A stretch of DNA of 64,000 nt from the NCBI GenBank assembly GCA_001819495.1, contig MHMW01000028.1:5398-69397 (forward strand), in the 5' to 3' direction. The notes under the pieces were generated by a model. That model was not told the origin of the DNA and searched no databases. It saw nothing but the letters and a program-made list of their open reading frames with translations. Positions within the stretch are counted from its first letter, which is position 1. The number at the start of each line of letters is the position of its first letter. A program made the translations under genes and the position numbers. This document shows positions 8,710 through 19,369 of this stretch, one piece after another. Source of the stretch: Candidatus Portnoybacteria bacterium RBG_19FT_COMBO_36_7. GTDB taxonomy: Bacteria; Patescibacteriota; Minisyncoccia; Portnoybacterales; GWB1-42-6.

Positions 8710-10257
8710 ATGAATAATATTTTAATATTTGGAGATAGTATAACCGCTGGGAGGGGAGTTAAAAAAGTTAAAAATTGGACATCAAAATTGTCTTCAGTTT
8801 TCGATGCAAAAAATACATATGAAACTATTATTTATAATCTAGCTATCCCGGGAGAGACTTCAAAAGATCTAATTCAACGTATTAATTTTGAATGCCAGAC
8901 GAGAACAAAAAAACTCACCAATAACGATGCAATTTCTATTGTTATCGCTATAGGAATCAACGATTCTAGAAACATTGGGACCCATGATGAACTAAATACA
9001 CCATTGGATGTTTTTCGCCAAAATATTGAGACATTAATAGATATTGCGCATAAATTCACCAATGACTTAATTTTTATCGGCCCAACGCCCGTTATTGAAA
9101 ACAAAATGTCATTAGGCGAACATCTTTATTTTTTAAATAAAAACATAGCTGAATATAATAAGAATATTAAAGAAATCTGCAATACGAGAAGGGTTAATTT
9201 CATAGATATTACAGATGGCTGGCTAAATTTTGATTATGAAAAATTATTAGCCGAAGATGGCATACATTTGAATGAACTCGGACATGAAAAAATCTTTGAA
9301 AAAATTTTGCCTTTTATAGATAAAAATTTTAGTTCTTTTGATTCATTTCAAATACTAAAACAAGAATTATCACTTTCAGATAACGATATAAAAATTTTAC
9401 AATCAAAATTTTCAGATAAAAGATTCTGCATTAACTCATTATTGCTTGGCCAGTCTTTTGATGAAATACCGGAAATTATTTTTGCAGGAATATGCCTAAG
9501 AAAAGACATTGATGAGATATGCCTGAGTACTGTCTATCAAATTTTAATGCCTATAAAAATAGCTTCTTACCTCAAAATTCCTGCTGTAATCATCTTACCC
9601 ATTAAAGAAGAATCTTTTCTACAAACAAAATTTGCTTCGGAATATACTGCATTGGGTGAAAAGCTTGAAAAAGGCATCAAAAATATTGCAAAAGATCTTG
9701 GCAATATAAAAGTTCAAGTAATAAATACAAGTACAATGGAAGGCAACGATAAAATAAAAAAAACCTTAGAAAAATTAAGGATAGTCCTTCCAGAAATAGA
9801 ATCGCGATATTTATTCACTATTTCTGAGATTAAACCAAGCAAGATAGTCCACTTTAGAAAAAGGATTTTGGCAGACAAAAGATCTATTGCTGGACATAGT
9901 TTTTATTTTATGAATCAGATTTCTGGCCTAAATAAGTTCCTCCTTGTTGAAGATATAAATCAAAGCAATTGTCCAATATATGCTAGAAGATTTGAACAAT
10001 CTAAACATGTTAATTTTTTGGCTCTTTTATCGCTTCCAAATATGTCTGGGAATAAACCGATGTTTAATTCAGAAAAGGACGAAAGATTATTATTGGGGAT
10101 GGATGAAAATTATTATCGAAATGCCTGGAATAAATCTTCTGAGTCAGTAAGAAATCTGTATTTAGAAACTTTAAAATTATTAGATAGTCATGAAACCAAA
10201 ATATATAATTTTGAATATTTTTTAAAAAACATGAAAAAAGTCTCTAATTATTTTTAA
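8710..10257 (+). CDS. SGNH/GDSL hydrolase fused to an uncharacterised (possibly class Ic aaRS-like) domain
   Basis: FGDSIT, GIND, DGIHLN blocks intact; C-terminal ~270 aa with LPNMSGNKPMFNS. Confidence 0.75.
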   Translation: MNNILIFGDSITAGRGVKKVKNWTSKLSSVFDAKNTYETIIYNLAIPGETSKDLIQRINFECQTRTKKLTNNDAISIVIAIGINDSRNIGTHDELNTPLDVFRQNIETLIDIAHKFTNDLIFIGPTPVIENKMSLGEHLYFLNKNIAEYNKNIKEICNTRRVNFIDITDGWLNFDYEKLLAEDGIHLNELGHEKIFEKILPFIDKNFSSFDSFQILKQELSLSDNDIKILQSKFSDKRFCINSLLLGQSFDEIPEIIFAGICLRKDIDEICLSTVYQILMPIKIASYLKIPAVIILPIKEESFLQTKFASEYTALGEKLEKGIKNIAKDLGNIKVQVINTSTMEGNDKIKKTLEKLRIVLPEIESRYLFTISEIKPSKIVHFRKRILADKRSIAGHSFYFMNQISGLNKFLLVEDINQSNCPIYARRFEQSKHVNFLALLSLPNMSGNKPMFNSEKDERLLLGMDENYYRNAWNKSSESVRNLYLETLKLLDSHETKIYNFEYFLKNMKKVSNYF

Positions 10258-10340
10258 ATGTCCTAAAAATTCTACAGAAGCAAAAAATAAATAAGCTCGC
10301 TGAGATTATATTATCAGCGAGCTTATTAAATTTATTTCGA

Positions 10341-12107
10341 CTAAATGCCGAATTCTTTATTTATTACATCTGTAATACCTTCCATGTCAAATTTGAAATA
10401 TTCAATTAGCTCGTGAAGTCTGCCTGTCGTACCGCATGAAAAACCATGCCCCTTAATGCACGACGGCTTAGCTTCCGAATATTCCATAACTGCTTTGGCT
10501 ACGGCTGATTGAAGCACAAATGGATTACCATTGTAGACAGTCAATACAGGCACATCAGACTCCAACATTTTTACAAAGGTGCTATCAAGTTCTTTCATGT
10601 TAATTACATTCACTACTTTTATTCCAACACCACGTTCATCATGTTTCATTGCCGCTTTAATAACACCTTCGATAGGTAATCCCGAGGATACAATTACAAG
10701 CTTTGTATTGTGTATTGGCCAATAAACAACGTAGGCAATAATGTTCCGCTCTAAAGAATCTACCACAAAAGGGGTTACCTTACTGCTATGCAAACGTAGA
10801 TATATTGGACCAGGATAAACCGTAAACGACCAATCGAGACAATTCTTTAAATCAATTGAATCGGCTGGTTCCAATAGAATCGCGCCGGGCATATTGAGTA
10901 ATGCGCCTGACTGGCCTGTCGTTTGATGAGTGGCTCCATTATGCACTTCGCAAATCCCGCTATCAGATCCCATAATTACCATCTTCGAATTAGCCTGGCA
11001 TACAGCATGTATCTGGTCAACCGCCCTGAAAAGGAATGGATCCCCACCAGCTATGAAAATTCTTGAATTTTGGTCAGTGACAGATATACCATGCGCCATG
11101 GCAATGAGATGCTGTTCTCGAATCCCGACATCAATAAAACGAACGTGCGGCTGATTAAATCCACACTGGTCAGATAGCTCCTTAACGGTCACATCCGCCG
11201 TTAATACATAAAACCTTATCCCGGGATGATTTTGAAATAAATCTGTTAACTGACGAAGATAATGGACTAACCCCACTTCAAAATCATCAGTGATTTCGGG
11301 GACAAGCTGCACTTTTAGATTACTAGATGAAGAAATATTCTTACGAGATATACATACCGGCAGAAATACATTTTTCAATCTTTCCGAAATTACCGATTCA
11401 AGCATATCCGATCCCACTCTATCAATATATCTTTTTTCTTTGTCAATGGCATCAATGACGTAGTTTTTTGGGCAAACACTTATAGTGTGATATCCGCTTA
11501 AATGAGCCTGGGCATTTTCCAATTCCTTGCCTTTTATTGTATTGGCAATAAAAATTGTCGGCTTTCTCTCTTCGCGGCTTGATTGCAAAGCCATCATTAT
11601 TCCCTCAATAGAATGCCCATCCCGAATTTCTTTCACCGACCAACCATATCCTCTCCATATAGTTAATTGGTCCGACTCACTATCTACTGCGATTGTCGGC
11701 TGCGCGAGTTGTTTGTGATTTCGGTCCATAATACATGCAAGACTGGAAAGATGCGCATGACTAGCATATCTCGCTGCCTCACTAACATTTCCTTCCTGTT
11801 CTTCACCATCCCCAAGAAAAACCCAGGTCGTAGCTGGTATTTTCTGTTCCTTCAATGCAATGGCTGATCCGATACCATATGAAAGAACCATGCCCAGCAT
11901 TCCACTTGGAGTAATATCAACCCCTGGCAAATGCTCCATCGATTCATGCCCTTGTAGTCTAGAGCCAAGAGTTAAATACGAAGCAAGTTCTTCTTGCTTT
12001 ATCCATCCAAGAAGAGAAAATATACTGTAACGCAGGGGACCAAGATGGCCTCTTACTAGCACCCTATCACGACCTTCATGCCGCGGATTATTCGGATCGA
12101 ACTTCAA
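10341..12107 (-). pseudogene. 5'-truncated single-chain transketolase-like gene
   Basis: RDRVLVRGH, LGDGEEQEG, GIREQ, GATHQ; ORF begins at an internal position (FDPNNP) and lacks the usual N-terminal GH-containing segment. Confidence 0.7.
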
Positions 12108-12111
12108 AATT

Positions 12112-12270
12112 CCTCATTGGGTAAAAGAAAGAATCGTAGATCTGACACTCTTAAAAATCAAACACGGAAAATCCCCAATGCAATCTTTACCTATTGATAC
12201 AAAGAAAATCGATAAAGATTTTAATAGCCTATTCCCTGATATGGAAAAAATAATAAAAAATATCAAATAA
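12112..12270 (+). pseudogene. Orphan 3' gene fragment
   Basis: Open frame PHWVKERIVDLTLLKIKHG...KIIKNIK* with no start, abutting the HIT ATG. Confidence 0.5.
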
Positions 12271-12711
12271 ATGGGCAAAGATCAAAACTGCGTTTTTTGT
12301 GAAGCTAAAAACAAAAAACTACAAAAGATTGCCGAAATTGGGACAATTGAGATTTGGTATCCAAACTCTCCCGTTATAATGGAGCATGTTATTTTAATTC
12401 CTTCCCGCCACGTAGAAAAAATTGAAGAATTATCAGATCAAGAAGCAAAGGATCTAATCGTTGCTGTCAGAAAAATTGTAAATAGCTTCAAAAAACTATA
12501 CAATACCGATGGTTTTAATCTTTTTACAAATGAAGGACAAAGCGCCGGCCAGCATATTAGACACATCCATTTCCACTATTTTGGCCGTTCCAAAAATGAA
12601 AAAATCAGCCCGCTTGAAATATTAAATAATCAAAAATCATATAAAAGAGAAAAATTGTCTGATAAGCAAATTAAGCAACTGATCAATAAGATCAAAAGAG
12701 CAATATTATGA
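12271..12711 (+). CDS. HIT family hydrolase
   Basis: CVFC, AGQHIRHIHFH. Confidence 0.9.
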   Translation: MGKDQNCVFCEAKNKKLQKIAEIGTIEIWYPNSPVIMEHVILIPSRHVEKIEELSDQEAKDLIVAVRKIVNSFKKLYNTDGFNLFTNEGQSAGQHIRHIHFHYFGRSKNEKISPLEILNNQKSYKREKLSDKQIKQLINKIKRAIL

Positions 12712-13565
12712 AAGCAAAATCTTTATATCAAAAATTAAATAAAGATTTTGAGCTGAATAAATGTAAAGATGATTGGAGTGAAATAGAAACGAATGACCTG
12801 ATCGCTAAAGATTTTAATAAAAGGTACATGGGTTTATTTTTAGACAGCGCATCGGAAATAAAAGGATGCTTTACAGCTGTGTTTCCAAGTGAATTAATTT
12901 TAAAAAAGGTGCTAACTTCAGGCAAAAAAGACATACTTCTGTTTCTGCACCACCCCATGATCTGGAATTTAGGTTTTAAGGGTTACCCCTTTAAAAGCAT
13001 TCAAAGGGAAACGCTTTTAAAACTGAAACAAAACAGAATTTCTGTTTATGTTCTCCATGTGCCTCTAGATAAAAACGGTCAATATTCAACAACAGTTTCA
13101 CTGGCCAAGGCCCTTGAAATTAAGCCTAAAAGTTATTTTTGCAAATATTTCGGGGTCAAGGTGGGCGTTATCGGAAAAACAAACTGCAAAACAGTTGACG
13201 AAATGGCTCAAAAAATAGAAACGGCTGTCGGCCATAAATTGAAAATTTGGAGCTACGGCTCATCTAAAATAAAAAATGGTATAGTTGCTTTAATTGCTGG
13301 CGGTGGCAATGACCCGGATGCCATTAAGGAAATTGCTGGTTTTGGAATTAATTTATTTATCACTGGAGTCACAAAACCAAACAAAAATTTTCAGCCCTCA
13401 ATAGACGCACATAATGTAGCAAAAAAGAACAAAATAAATATAATAGGTGCCACTCACTATTCAACTGAAAAGTTTGCCTGCTTGGCGATGAATAATTATT
13501 TTAAAAAAATCGGTCTTCCTGGCCAATTTCTTGATGATCGGCCGGATCTAAAAGATTTGCAATAA
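12708..13565 (+). CDS. Nif3-like (DUF34) dinuclear metal protein
   Basis: HHP, HVPLD, THYSTE. Confidence 0.85.
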   Translation: MKAKSLYQKLNKDFELNKCKDDWSEIETNDLIAKDFNKRYMGLFLDSASEIKGCFTAVFPSELILKKVLTSGKKDILLFLHHPMIWNLGFKGYPFKSIQRETLLKLKQNRISVYVLHVPLDKNGQYSTTVSLAKALEIKPKSYFCKYFGVKVGVIGKTNCKTVDEMAQKIETAVGHKLKIWSYGSSKIKNGIVALIAGGGNDPDAIKEIAGFGINLFITGVTKPNKNFQPSIDAHNVAKKNKINIIGATHYSTEKFACLAMNNYFKKIGLPGQFLDDRPDLKDLQ

Positions 13566-13569
13566 ATCT

Positions 13570-13995
13570 ATGACAAATATAGCATCCGTCGTTCGCGGAA
13601 TTATCTTAAAAGAAGATAAAATCCTATTATGTAAATTAAAGGGGGCTGATTACTATTTTTTCCCGGGCGGCCGGATTGAGTTTGGCGAAACGGCACAACA
13701 AGCATTGGAACGCGAGCTGAAAGAAGAATTGGAACTGTCTGCCGAAAAATTTGAATATATAGGCACAATAGAAAACTTCTTTTCGGAAAAAGGTAATAAA
13801 TATCACGAAATCAATCTTGTATTTCACGTTGAAGCCGAAAATGCCACAGACAAAACTCCAGAAGACCATTTAGAGTTTTTCTGGAAAGACATAAATAAGC
13901 TCGTAGGGGAAAATATCGAGCCAACTGCCTTAAAAAACACCTTCCTCAAATGGCTCAAAGATAAAAAATTATTCTGGGGAAGTGAAAAAGAATAA
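13570..13995 (+). CDS. NUDIX hydrolase
   Basis: PGGRIEFGETAQQALERELKEEL Nudix box. Confidence 0.92.
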   Translation: MTNIASVVRGIILKEDKILLCKLKGADYYFFPGGRIEFGETAQQALERELKEELELSAEKFEYIGTIENFFSEKGNKYHEINLVFHVEAENATDKTPEDHLEFFWKDINKLVGENIEPTALKNTFLKWLKDKKLFWGSEKE

Positions 13996-14004
13996 AATAC
14001 TATT

Positions 14005-14235
14005 ATGGATAAATGTATATTTTGTAAGATCATAAATAAAAAAGTTCCAGCTAAAATAGTTTACGAGGACAATAAAGTGATCTGTTTTTTACCTAAAAAG
14101 ATGGAAGTTTACGGGCATACTTTAATTGTGCCCAAAAAGCACTACGCAGACATATATGATATTCCAGAAGAAAAATTTAGCTATATCATCAAGACCGCGA
14201 AAAAATTGGCTGTAAATCCGGATGTGCAAACATAA
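14005..14235 (+). pseudogene. 3'-truncated HIT family gene
   Basis: CIFCKII, GHTLIVPKKH; stops before the histidine triad. Confidence 0.8.
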
Positions 14236-14447
14236 TTATCACCCCTTTCTTTAATAGATTTCATCTTATATTATCATACATTAGATTTAATAACAATATA
14301 TGGCAAAACTTGACACATAATCATTTTTAGGCTATATTTTACTATACTTAAATCTAATAAATAATACTTCAAATTGCATCTAGTAGACGGAATATTCAAT
14401 ATAGTTCTTAATAGTAGGTTAAAAATAAATAAAGAAAGGAGAAGTCG

Positions 14448-14855
14448 ATGACAGTATTCGTAGGGAGAGAAAAATGGGAAGAGGCCGGGCATAGAGTTGT
14501 AGAAAAAGCAGAAAGCATGATACAAAATGATTTCGGGGACAGACTAATGATATGGTCAATAATGGGAGAAATTTTTTCAAAGAAAAAAGTTCAAAAAGAA
14601 TATTTTCAAGAATTGTGCTCATCAACGCTTAATAACGTACAAAACACATTAGATCTCTTTAATGCTGAGATCAAAGAATGTTTGACTTCCGGAAGGAAAC
14701 CAGCAATGACAAAAAAACAATTCAATGCTATTATGAAAGAAACTCCGCAAATTACCATCAGAGATCATCGAATAATTAATCCGGACAATCCGCAAAGAAG
14801 ACAAGAAATTAGAAAAGTTTTGCTAGAAGCTTGGACCAGTGAAAAAGATCATTAA
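14448..14855 (+). CDS. Hypothetical protein
   Basis: 135 aa, SD AAGGAG, downstream hairpin. Confidence 0.65.
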   Translation: MTVFVGREKWEEAGHRVVEKAESMIQNDFGDRLMIWSIMGEIFSKKKVQKEYFQELCSSTLNNVQNTLDLFNAEIKECLTSGRKPAMTKKQFNAIMKETPQITIRDHRIINPDNPQRRQEIRKVLLEAWTSEKDH

Positions 14856-15052
14856 GATCCGTGGGAAAATCAATATGGAGGCTAATTTATAAAATACTGC
14901 CTCCATATTTTTTTATGTAATCATCTTTTTTAAAAAAATTATTAAATTCCAGCCCAGAACGGGCTTTTTATTTTAGATATTAATCAAATTGTATAATTAC
15001 CAAATAATCTTGACTTATTTTATTATTAGTGTTACTATTTTAAAATAAGCTT

Positions 15053-16177
15053 ATGTTACCTGATTATATAAAAAAGAACATAATTCATGATGACAAAGTA
15101 TTCGCTTCTTTTAAAAACAGAGGGTCTTTTAATATACCATCATATAATCCAAAAGAACATTACAAGCATTTAACGAATAGCAAATATTATTATGCTCTTA
15201 TCGCGTTTAGACATCATTTGAAATCAGTTTCAGATTATTATTTCGGCATAAAGCAAAGGGCAAAGAATATTGACCTTTTTATGCTAACTCCGAGTATATC
15301 TTCTCCGATGGGCCCTGGATCTAGCTCAGAACCAATCAAAATACAATTAGGCAAGATAAAAACTTGTCTTGTAGATTCGTCACAATTCGGCCTCGAACCA
15401 CTCCTCTTAAATAAATCTAATAAAGTATATTGCTATCTACCTTCCATGCGGGGGGAGGACTGTGACCATCGACATCTTAATCAATTCTATCACTGCGAGT
15501 TTGAAATGATTGGTAAATTCGATGAATTGGTGCCTATTATTGAAGACTACATAAAACACCTGTCTGCCGCTATTTTGCTGATGCGAAATATTGTAGATAA
15601 AATCAGCGGCGACCCAACAAAAACAAAGGCAATGATGATAAAAATAATAAAAACAGATAGATTTCCTGAAATTTCGTTTGATGAAGCGACGAACATCCTC
15701 ATAAAAAATAAAGGGGAAAATTATGTAAATATCACGCGTCACGGAAAAGATATCAGCTGTCAAGGAGAAATAGAAATCATGAAAGCTTTAAAAGTTGATA
15801 CGCCTTTATGGATTAGATATTTTGACCGAGACAGGGTTCCTTTTTATCAAAAACCAGATCCTAAAAGCCCCAACAAAACCATAAATGCCGACCTGCTTTT
15901 CCCTCCAATTGTAAAAAATTCTTTTGGCGGTGAAATTGTCGGCTCGGGGCAAAGACAGGATTCTCCTAGAGAAATACATGAATCGTTAAAGAGACAAAAT
16001 AATATCTCCCCAAAACCTTACGAGTGGTATATCAATTTACGGAAATTGCCAGGATATAAAACAACATCGGGATTTGGGCTGGGAATAGAAAGATTTATTG
16101 CTTGGGCCCTAGCCAAGCAAAACATCAGAGATGTTATTTTGTATCCCCGAATTAAAAATGTTGAAACTTATCCTTAA
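15053..16177 (+). CDS. Class II Asx-tRNA-synthetase catalytic-domain paralog (asparagine synthetase AS-AR/AsnRS2-like)
   Basis: SSQFGLE, SMRGED..RHLNQF, GEIVGSGQR, GFGLGIERF; no N-terminal OB anticodon domain. Confidence 0.8.
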   Translation: MLPDYIKKNIIHDDKVFASFKNRGSFNIPSYNPKEHYKHLTNSKYYYALIAFRHHLKSVSDYYFGIKQRAKNIDLFMLTPSISSPMGPGSSSEPIKIQLGKIKTCLVDSSQFGLEPLLLNKSNKVYCYLPSMRGEDCDHRHLNQFYHCEFEMIGKFDELVPIIEDYIKHLSAAILLMRNIVDKISGDPTKTKAMMIKIIKTDRFPEISFDEATNILIKNKGENYVNITRHGKDISCQGEIEIMKALKVDTPLWIRYFDRDRVPFYQKPDPKSPNKTINADLLFPPIVKNSFGGEIVGSGQRQDSPREIHESLKRQNNISPKPYEWYINLRKLPGYKTTSGFGLGIERFIAWALAKQNIRDVILYPRIKNVETYP

Positions 16178-16193
16178 TCATCAACTAAAACAT

Positions 16194-17261
16194 ATGCCTC
16201 AATCAGAAAATAAAAAATGGCATTGGCAATTAAAAAACAGCATCAAAACGGGTGAACAATTGGCAAAATACATAAACCTAACAGATAAAGAGAAACGAGA
16301 CATAAAGAAAGTTACTGAAACTTATAAAATGTCCATCACCCCCTATTACGCTTCACTTATGGATAAAAACGATTCTAATTGCCCCTTACGAAGAATGGTT
16401 ATACCTAATATCGCCGAACTAGATAGTCCACCCGCAATACCCGACCCTAACAAAGAAAAGTCTTTTGAAAAGGCCACGGGCTTAAGACAAGAGTTTAAAG
16501 AAAAATGTACTATCCTGCTGACTTTAATGTGCCCCAATTATTGCAGGCACTGTTTTAGAAAATATTGGGTTGGAAGAGTGAATAGTGTTTTAACCAACCG
16601 ACAGATAGATGAAGTGGTGAAGAAGATTAACAGCAATAAAAACATAGAAGAGGTATGTATTTCTGGGGGAGATCCGCTTATTTTGTCTAATGATCGTATT
16701 GACTACGTTTTAACCAAGCTCAAAAAAATTAAGCATGTTGATGTTGTAAGATTATATACTAGAACTTTAGTATTTCTGCCACAAAGAATAACTGATAATT
16801 TAATAAAAGTCCTTAAGAAGTACCCAACACTCTATATCTGCACCCATTTTAATCATCCAAAAGAACTGACTAAAGAATCAATAGCCGCCTGCAGAAAAAT
16901 AGCAGATAATGGAATACCTATTTTTAATCAGTCAGTTTTATTAAAGGGGGTCAATGATAACTCCAAAACGATGAAAGATTTGCTTTGGGGCTTAGTAAAA
17001 AATAAAGTAAAACCTCTTTACCTTCAACATTGCATAAAAACTATGGGTAATGACTATTTAGTTACTAAAATAGATGTAGGACAAAAAATTATCAAAGATC
17101 TTTATTGCCATATGTCTGTATTGGGAATCCCTCTATATGATGTTATTTTATATTCAGGCAAGGTTTTAATGATGCCCGACTACGTAAAGAAAGATAAAAA
17201 TGGAAGGCGATTTTTTACTAATTTACTCGAGGAAAAATTTTACATTGATAAATTAGAATAA
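16194..17261 (+). CDS. KamA/EpmB-family radical SAM aminomutase
   Basis: WHWQL, ITPYY, CPNYCRHCFRK, SGGDPL, HFNHPKE, NQSVLLKGVND. Confidence 0.9.
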   Translation: MPQSENKKWHWQLKNSIKTGEQLAKYINLTDKEKRDIKKVTETYKMSITPYYASLMDKNDSNCPLRRMVIPNIAELDSPPAIPDPNKEKSFEKATGLRQEFKEKCTILLTLMCPNYCRHCFRKYWVGRVNSVLTNRQIDEVVKKINSNKNIEEVCISGGDPLILSNDRIDYVLTKLKKIKHVDVVRLYTRTLVFLPQRITDNLIKVLKKYPTLYICTHFNHPKELTKESIAACRKIADNGIPIFNQSVLLKGVNDNSKTMKDLLWGLVKNKVKPLYLQHCIKTMGNDYLVTKIDVGQKIIKDLYCHMSVLGIPLYDVILYSGKVLMMPDYVKKDKNGRRFFTNLLEEKFYIDKLE

Positions 17262-17269
17262 TAAATTCT

Positions 17270-18454
17270 ATGGAGAATTTTGAACATGTAAAAAAAGAAG
17301 GTAATTTGCCCGAGGAATTTGAACAAGGGGAAATTTTTAAGTATCAAGAATTTATTAAACAAACCTATATTGAAAGTTTTTCAGAAAAAAATTTTAGCGT
17401 CCATGAAAGCATAGATCTGGTAGCTGGCAAAACAGATTCCAGTATTTTATTTATCGGTTCAACAATAAGTGCATTAAAACCTTTATATATGAATAATGAA
17501 ATTCCGCCAAACGGGGTTGTAATCAATCAACCTTGTATTAGAACTCATAATTTAAAAAATATATATTCCGAACAGTCTAATAAAGGTAATACTTTTTTTA
17601 ATCTTATGGGCGGCATGTCAGAAGCAGATAGATTTTCAGATATCTACAAATTGTCTTTACAGTATTTTATTGAATCCTTAAATATTAATCGCGATCGTCT
17701 TTTTATTAGGGCTACTTCCGAAGATAAAGATATTTTGGAAAATTTAAAATCCGAAAAAGATCACCCAGAGTTAGAGTTGGATGGGAGACAACCGGATTAT
17801 TATAGATGGAGATATGGTATCAAGGGTGTCTCTGGCAGAGGAATTGCCCTTGCAATTCGTAATGCTGTTAATCAAAAAGAATCTATGACATTGGGTAATA
17901 TTATTATTATGGAAAGCGATGATCACCCCAAAACTGTTCAGTGGGGATACGGAGTTGAATCAATAATTAGCGGCATTTACAACAAAGATAGAGCTATTGA
18001 AGGATCTTTAATCAGCCAAGTGGTGCCATATGAAATTGGTCTAAAATCAAAATTCGCAGATGCATTGGCAGCAGTAATAGAAATGTACAATTCGGGATTG
18101 AAGCCAAACAACCGAGGAGCCGCCAGCTATTTGAAGGCTTATCTTAGAGGAATGTCCTATCTGATAAATAAATTAAATATTGAAAAAAATACACTAAAGG
18201 AGTACGTTTCGGAGTATTGTAAATTAAGAAACATCAATGATGCAGGCTTTATTTACGATGAAATAGTTAATGGCATAAACGACCACGATGATAGTGTTAA
18301 TAAAATGGTTCAAGCTTTGAAGGAAAAATATCTGTCTGAAACGAAAAAAATAACTAATTCAAAAAAGGCAGTTAATAAACTCAGCAATAAATATAGGATA
18401 CATCCTGAGGAAGTAGTAATTATTATAGATAATTTATTTGCAAAAAAAGATTAA
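17270..18454 (+). CDS. Alanyl-tRNA synthetase catalytic-domain paralog
   Basis: DSSILFIGS...LKP, QPCIRTHNL, TFFNLMG, WGYGVE, PNNRGAASYL; lacks editing and C-Ala domains. Confidence 0.7.
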   Translation: MENFEHVKKEGNLPEEFEQGEIFKYQEFIKQTYIESFSEKNFSVHESIDLVAGKTDSSILFIGSTISALKPLYMNNEIPPNGVVINQPCIRTHNLKNIYSEQSNKGNTFFNLMGGMSEADRFSDIYKLSLQYFIESLNINRDRLFIRATSEDKDILENLKSEKDHPELELDGRQPDYYRWRYGIKGVSGRGIALAIRNAVNQKESMTLGNIIIMESDDHPKTVQWGYGVESIISGIYNKDRAIEGSLISQVVPYEIGLKSKFADALAAVIEMYNSGLKPNNRGAASYLKAYLRGMSYLINKLNIEKNTLKEYVSEYCKLRNINDAGFIYDEIVNGINDHDDSVNKMVQALKEKYLSETKKITNSKKAVNKLSNKYRIHPEEVVIIIDNLFAKKD

Positions 18455-18467
18455 TAATTTTTATGAT

Positions 18468-19232
18468 ATGAAAATAATAGTAGCAATCAGCGGGGGAGAA
18501 ATAGGTAGGCCTGGCTATCCTGTCGAGACAACAGAAATTGACAAAGAAATAATAAAATTAAGCGGGAAAAAGAGAGCTAATTTGCTTTTTATTCCCACAG
18601 CCAGTTCTGATGCAGAAGGATATGTAGAAACTGTAAAAAAACATTTTGGCGAAAGATTGGGTTGTAGGGTTGATGTACTGTATTTAATTAATTCAGGTAT
18701 AGTCAAAAAAGAAATTGGAAAAAAGATTTTTTCCTCAGATATTATTTATGTTGGTGGAGGGAATACATTAAAAATGCTCAAAGTCTGGAAAAAAAATGGT
18801 GTAGATAAAATTTTGAAAAGGGCCTGGAAACGAAAAATTGTTATATCTGGATTGAGCGCAGGGGCAGTTTGTTGGTTTAAATATTTTAACTCAGATTCAA
18901 AAAAGTTTATAAAAGGAAAGAATAATTATCAATTAATAAAATTAAAGGGATTAGGTTGGCTAAACGCATCTTTTTGTCCCCACTATGATACGGAAGAAAA
19001 AAGAAAACGCCATTTAAAAAAAATGATGTTAAAAACACCGGGAATCGCTTTGGCTGTTGATAATTGCTGTGCGGTAATAATAGAAAATGATAAATATCAA
19101 GTGATATCATCAAAAAGGACTGCGAATGCTTATAAAGTATTCTGGTTGAACAAAAAATTCTATCAAATAAAAATAAAAAAAGTGAAATTGTTTAAGCCAC
19201 TAGGTGAATTGCTTAAAAAAACAAATATTTAA
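18468..19232 (+). CDS. Peptidase E (S51) family
   Basis: FIPTAS, YVGGGNT, GLSAGA, CPHYD. Confidence 0.9.
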   Translation: MKIIVAISGGEIGRPGYPVETTEIDKEIIKLSGKKRANLLFIPTASSDAEGYVETVKKHFGERLGCRVDVLYLINSGIVKKEIGKKIFSSDIIYVGGGNTLKMLKVWKKNGVDKILKRAWKRKIVISGLSAGAVCWFKYFNSDSKKFIKGKNNYQLIKLKGLGWLNASFCPHYDTEEKRKRHLKKMMLKTPGIALAVDNCCAVIIENDKYQVISSKRTANAYKVFWLNKKFYQIKIKKVKLFKPLGELLKKTNI

Positions 19233-19369
19233 GCATGTGCTTGATGAAAAACTTCAAAGGCAGGTGTGTTTTTGCAAAGCTCTACTACAATAGATACCAT
19301 CTCTTAATCACCTCTTTCCTGGCATCTTAAACTTACGAAATCCGAGATTTTTAAATTTTTTATAGCATT

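Noticed and set aside
15053-17261. Canonical epmA-epmB
   Set aside because: Ligase motifs are Asx-type rather than LysRS-type, and no efp gene is nearby
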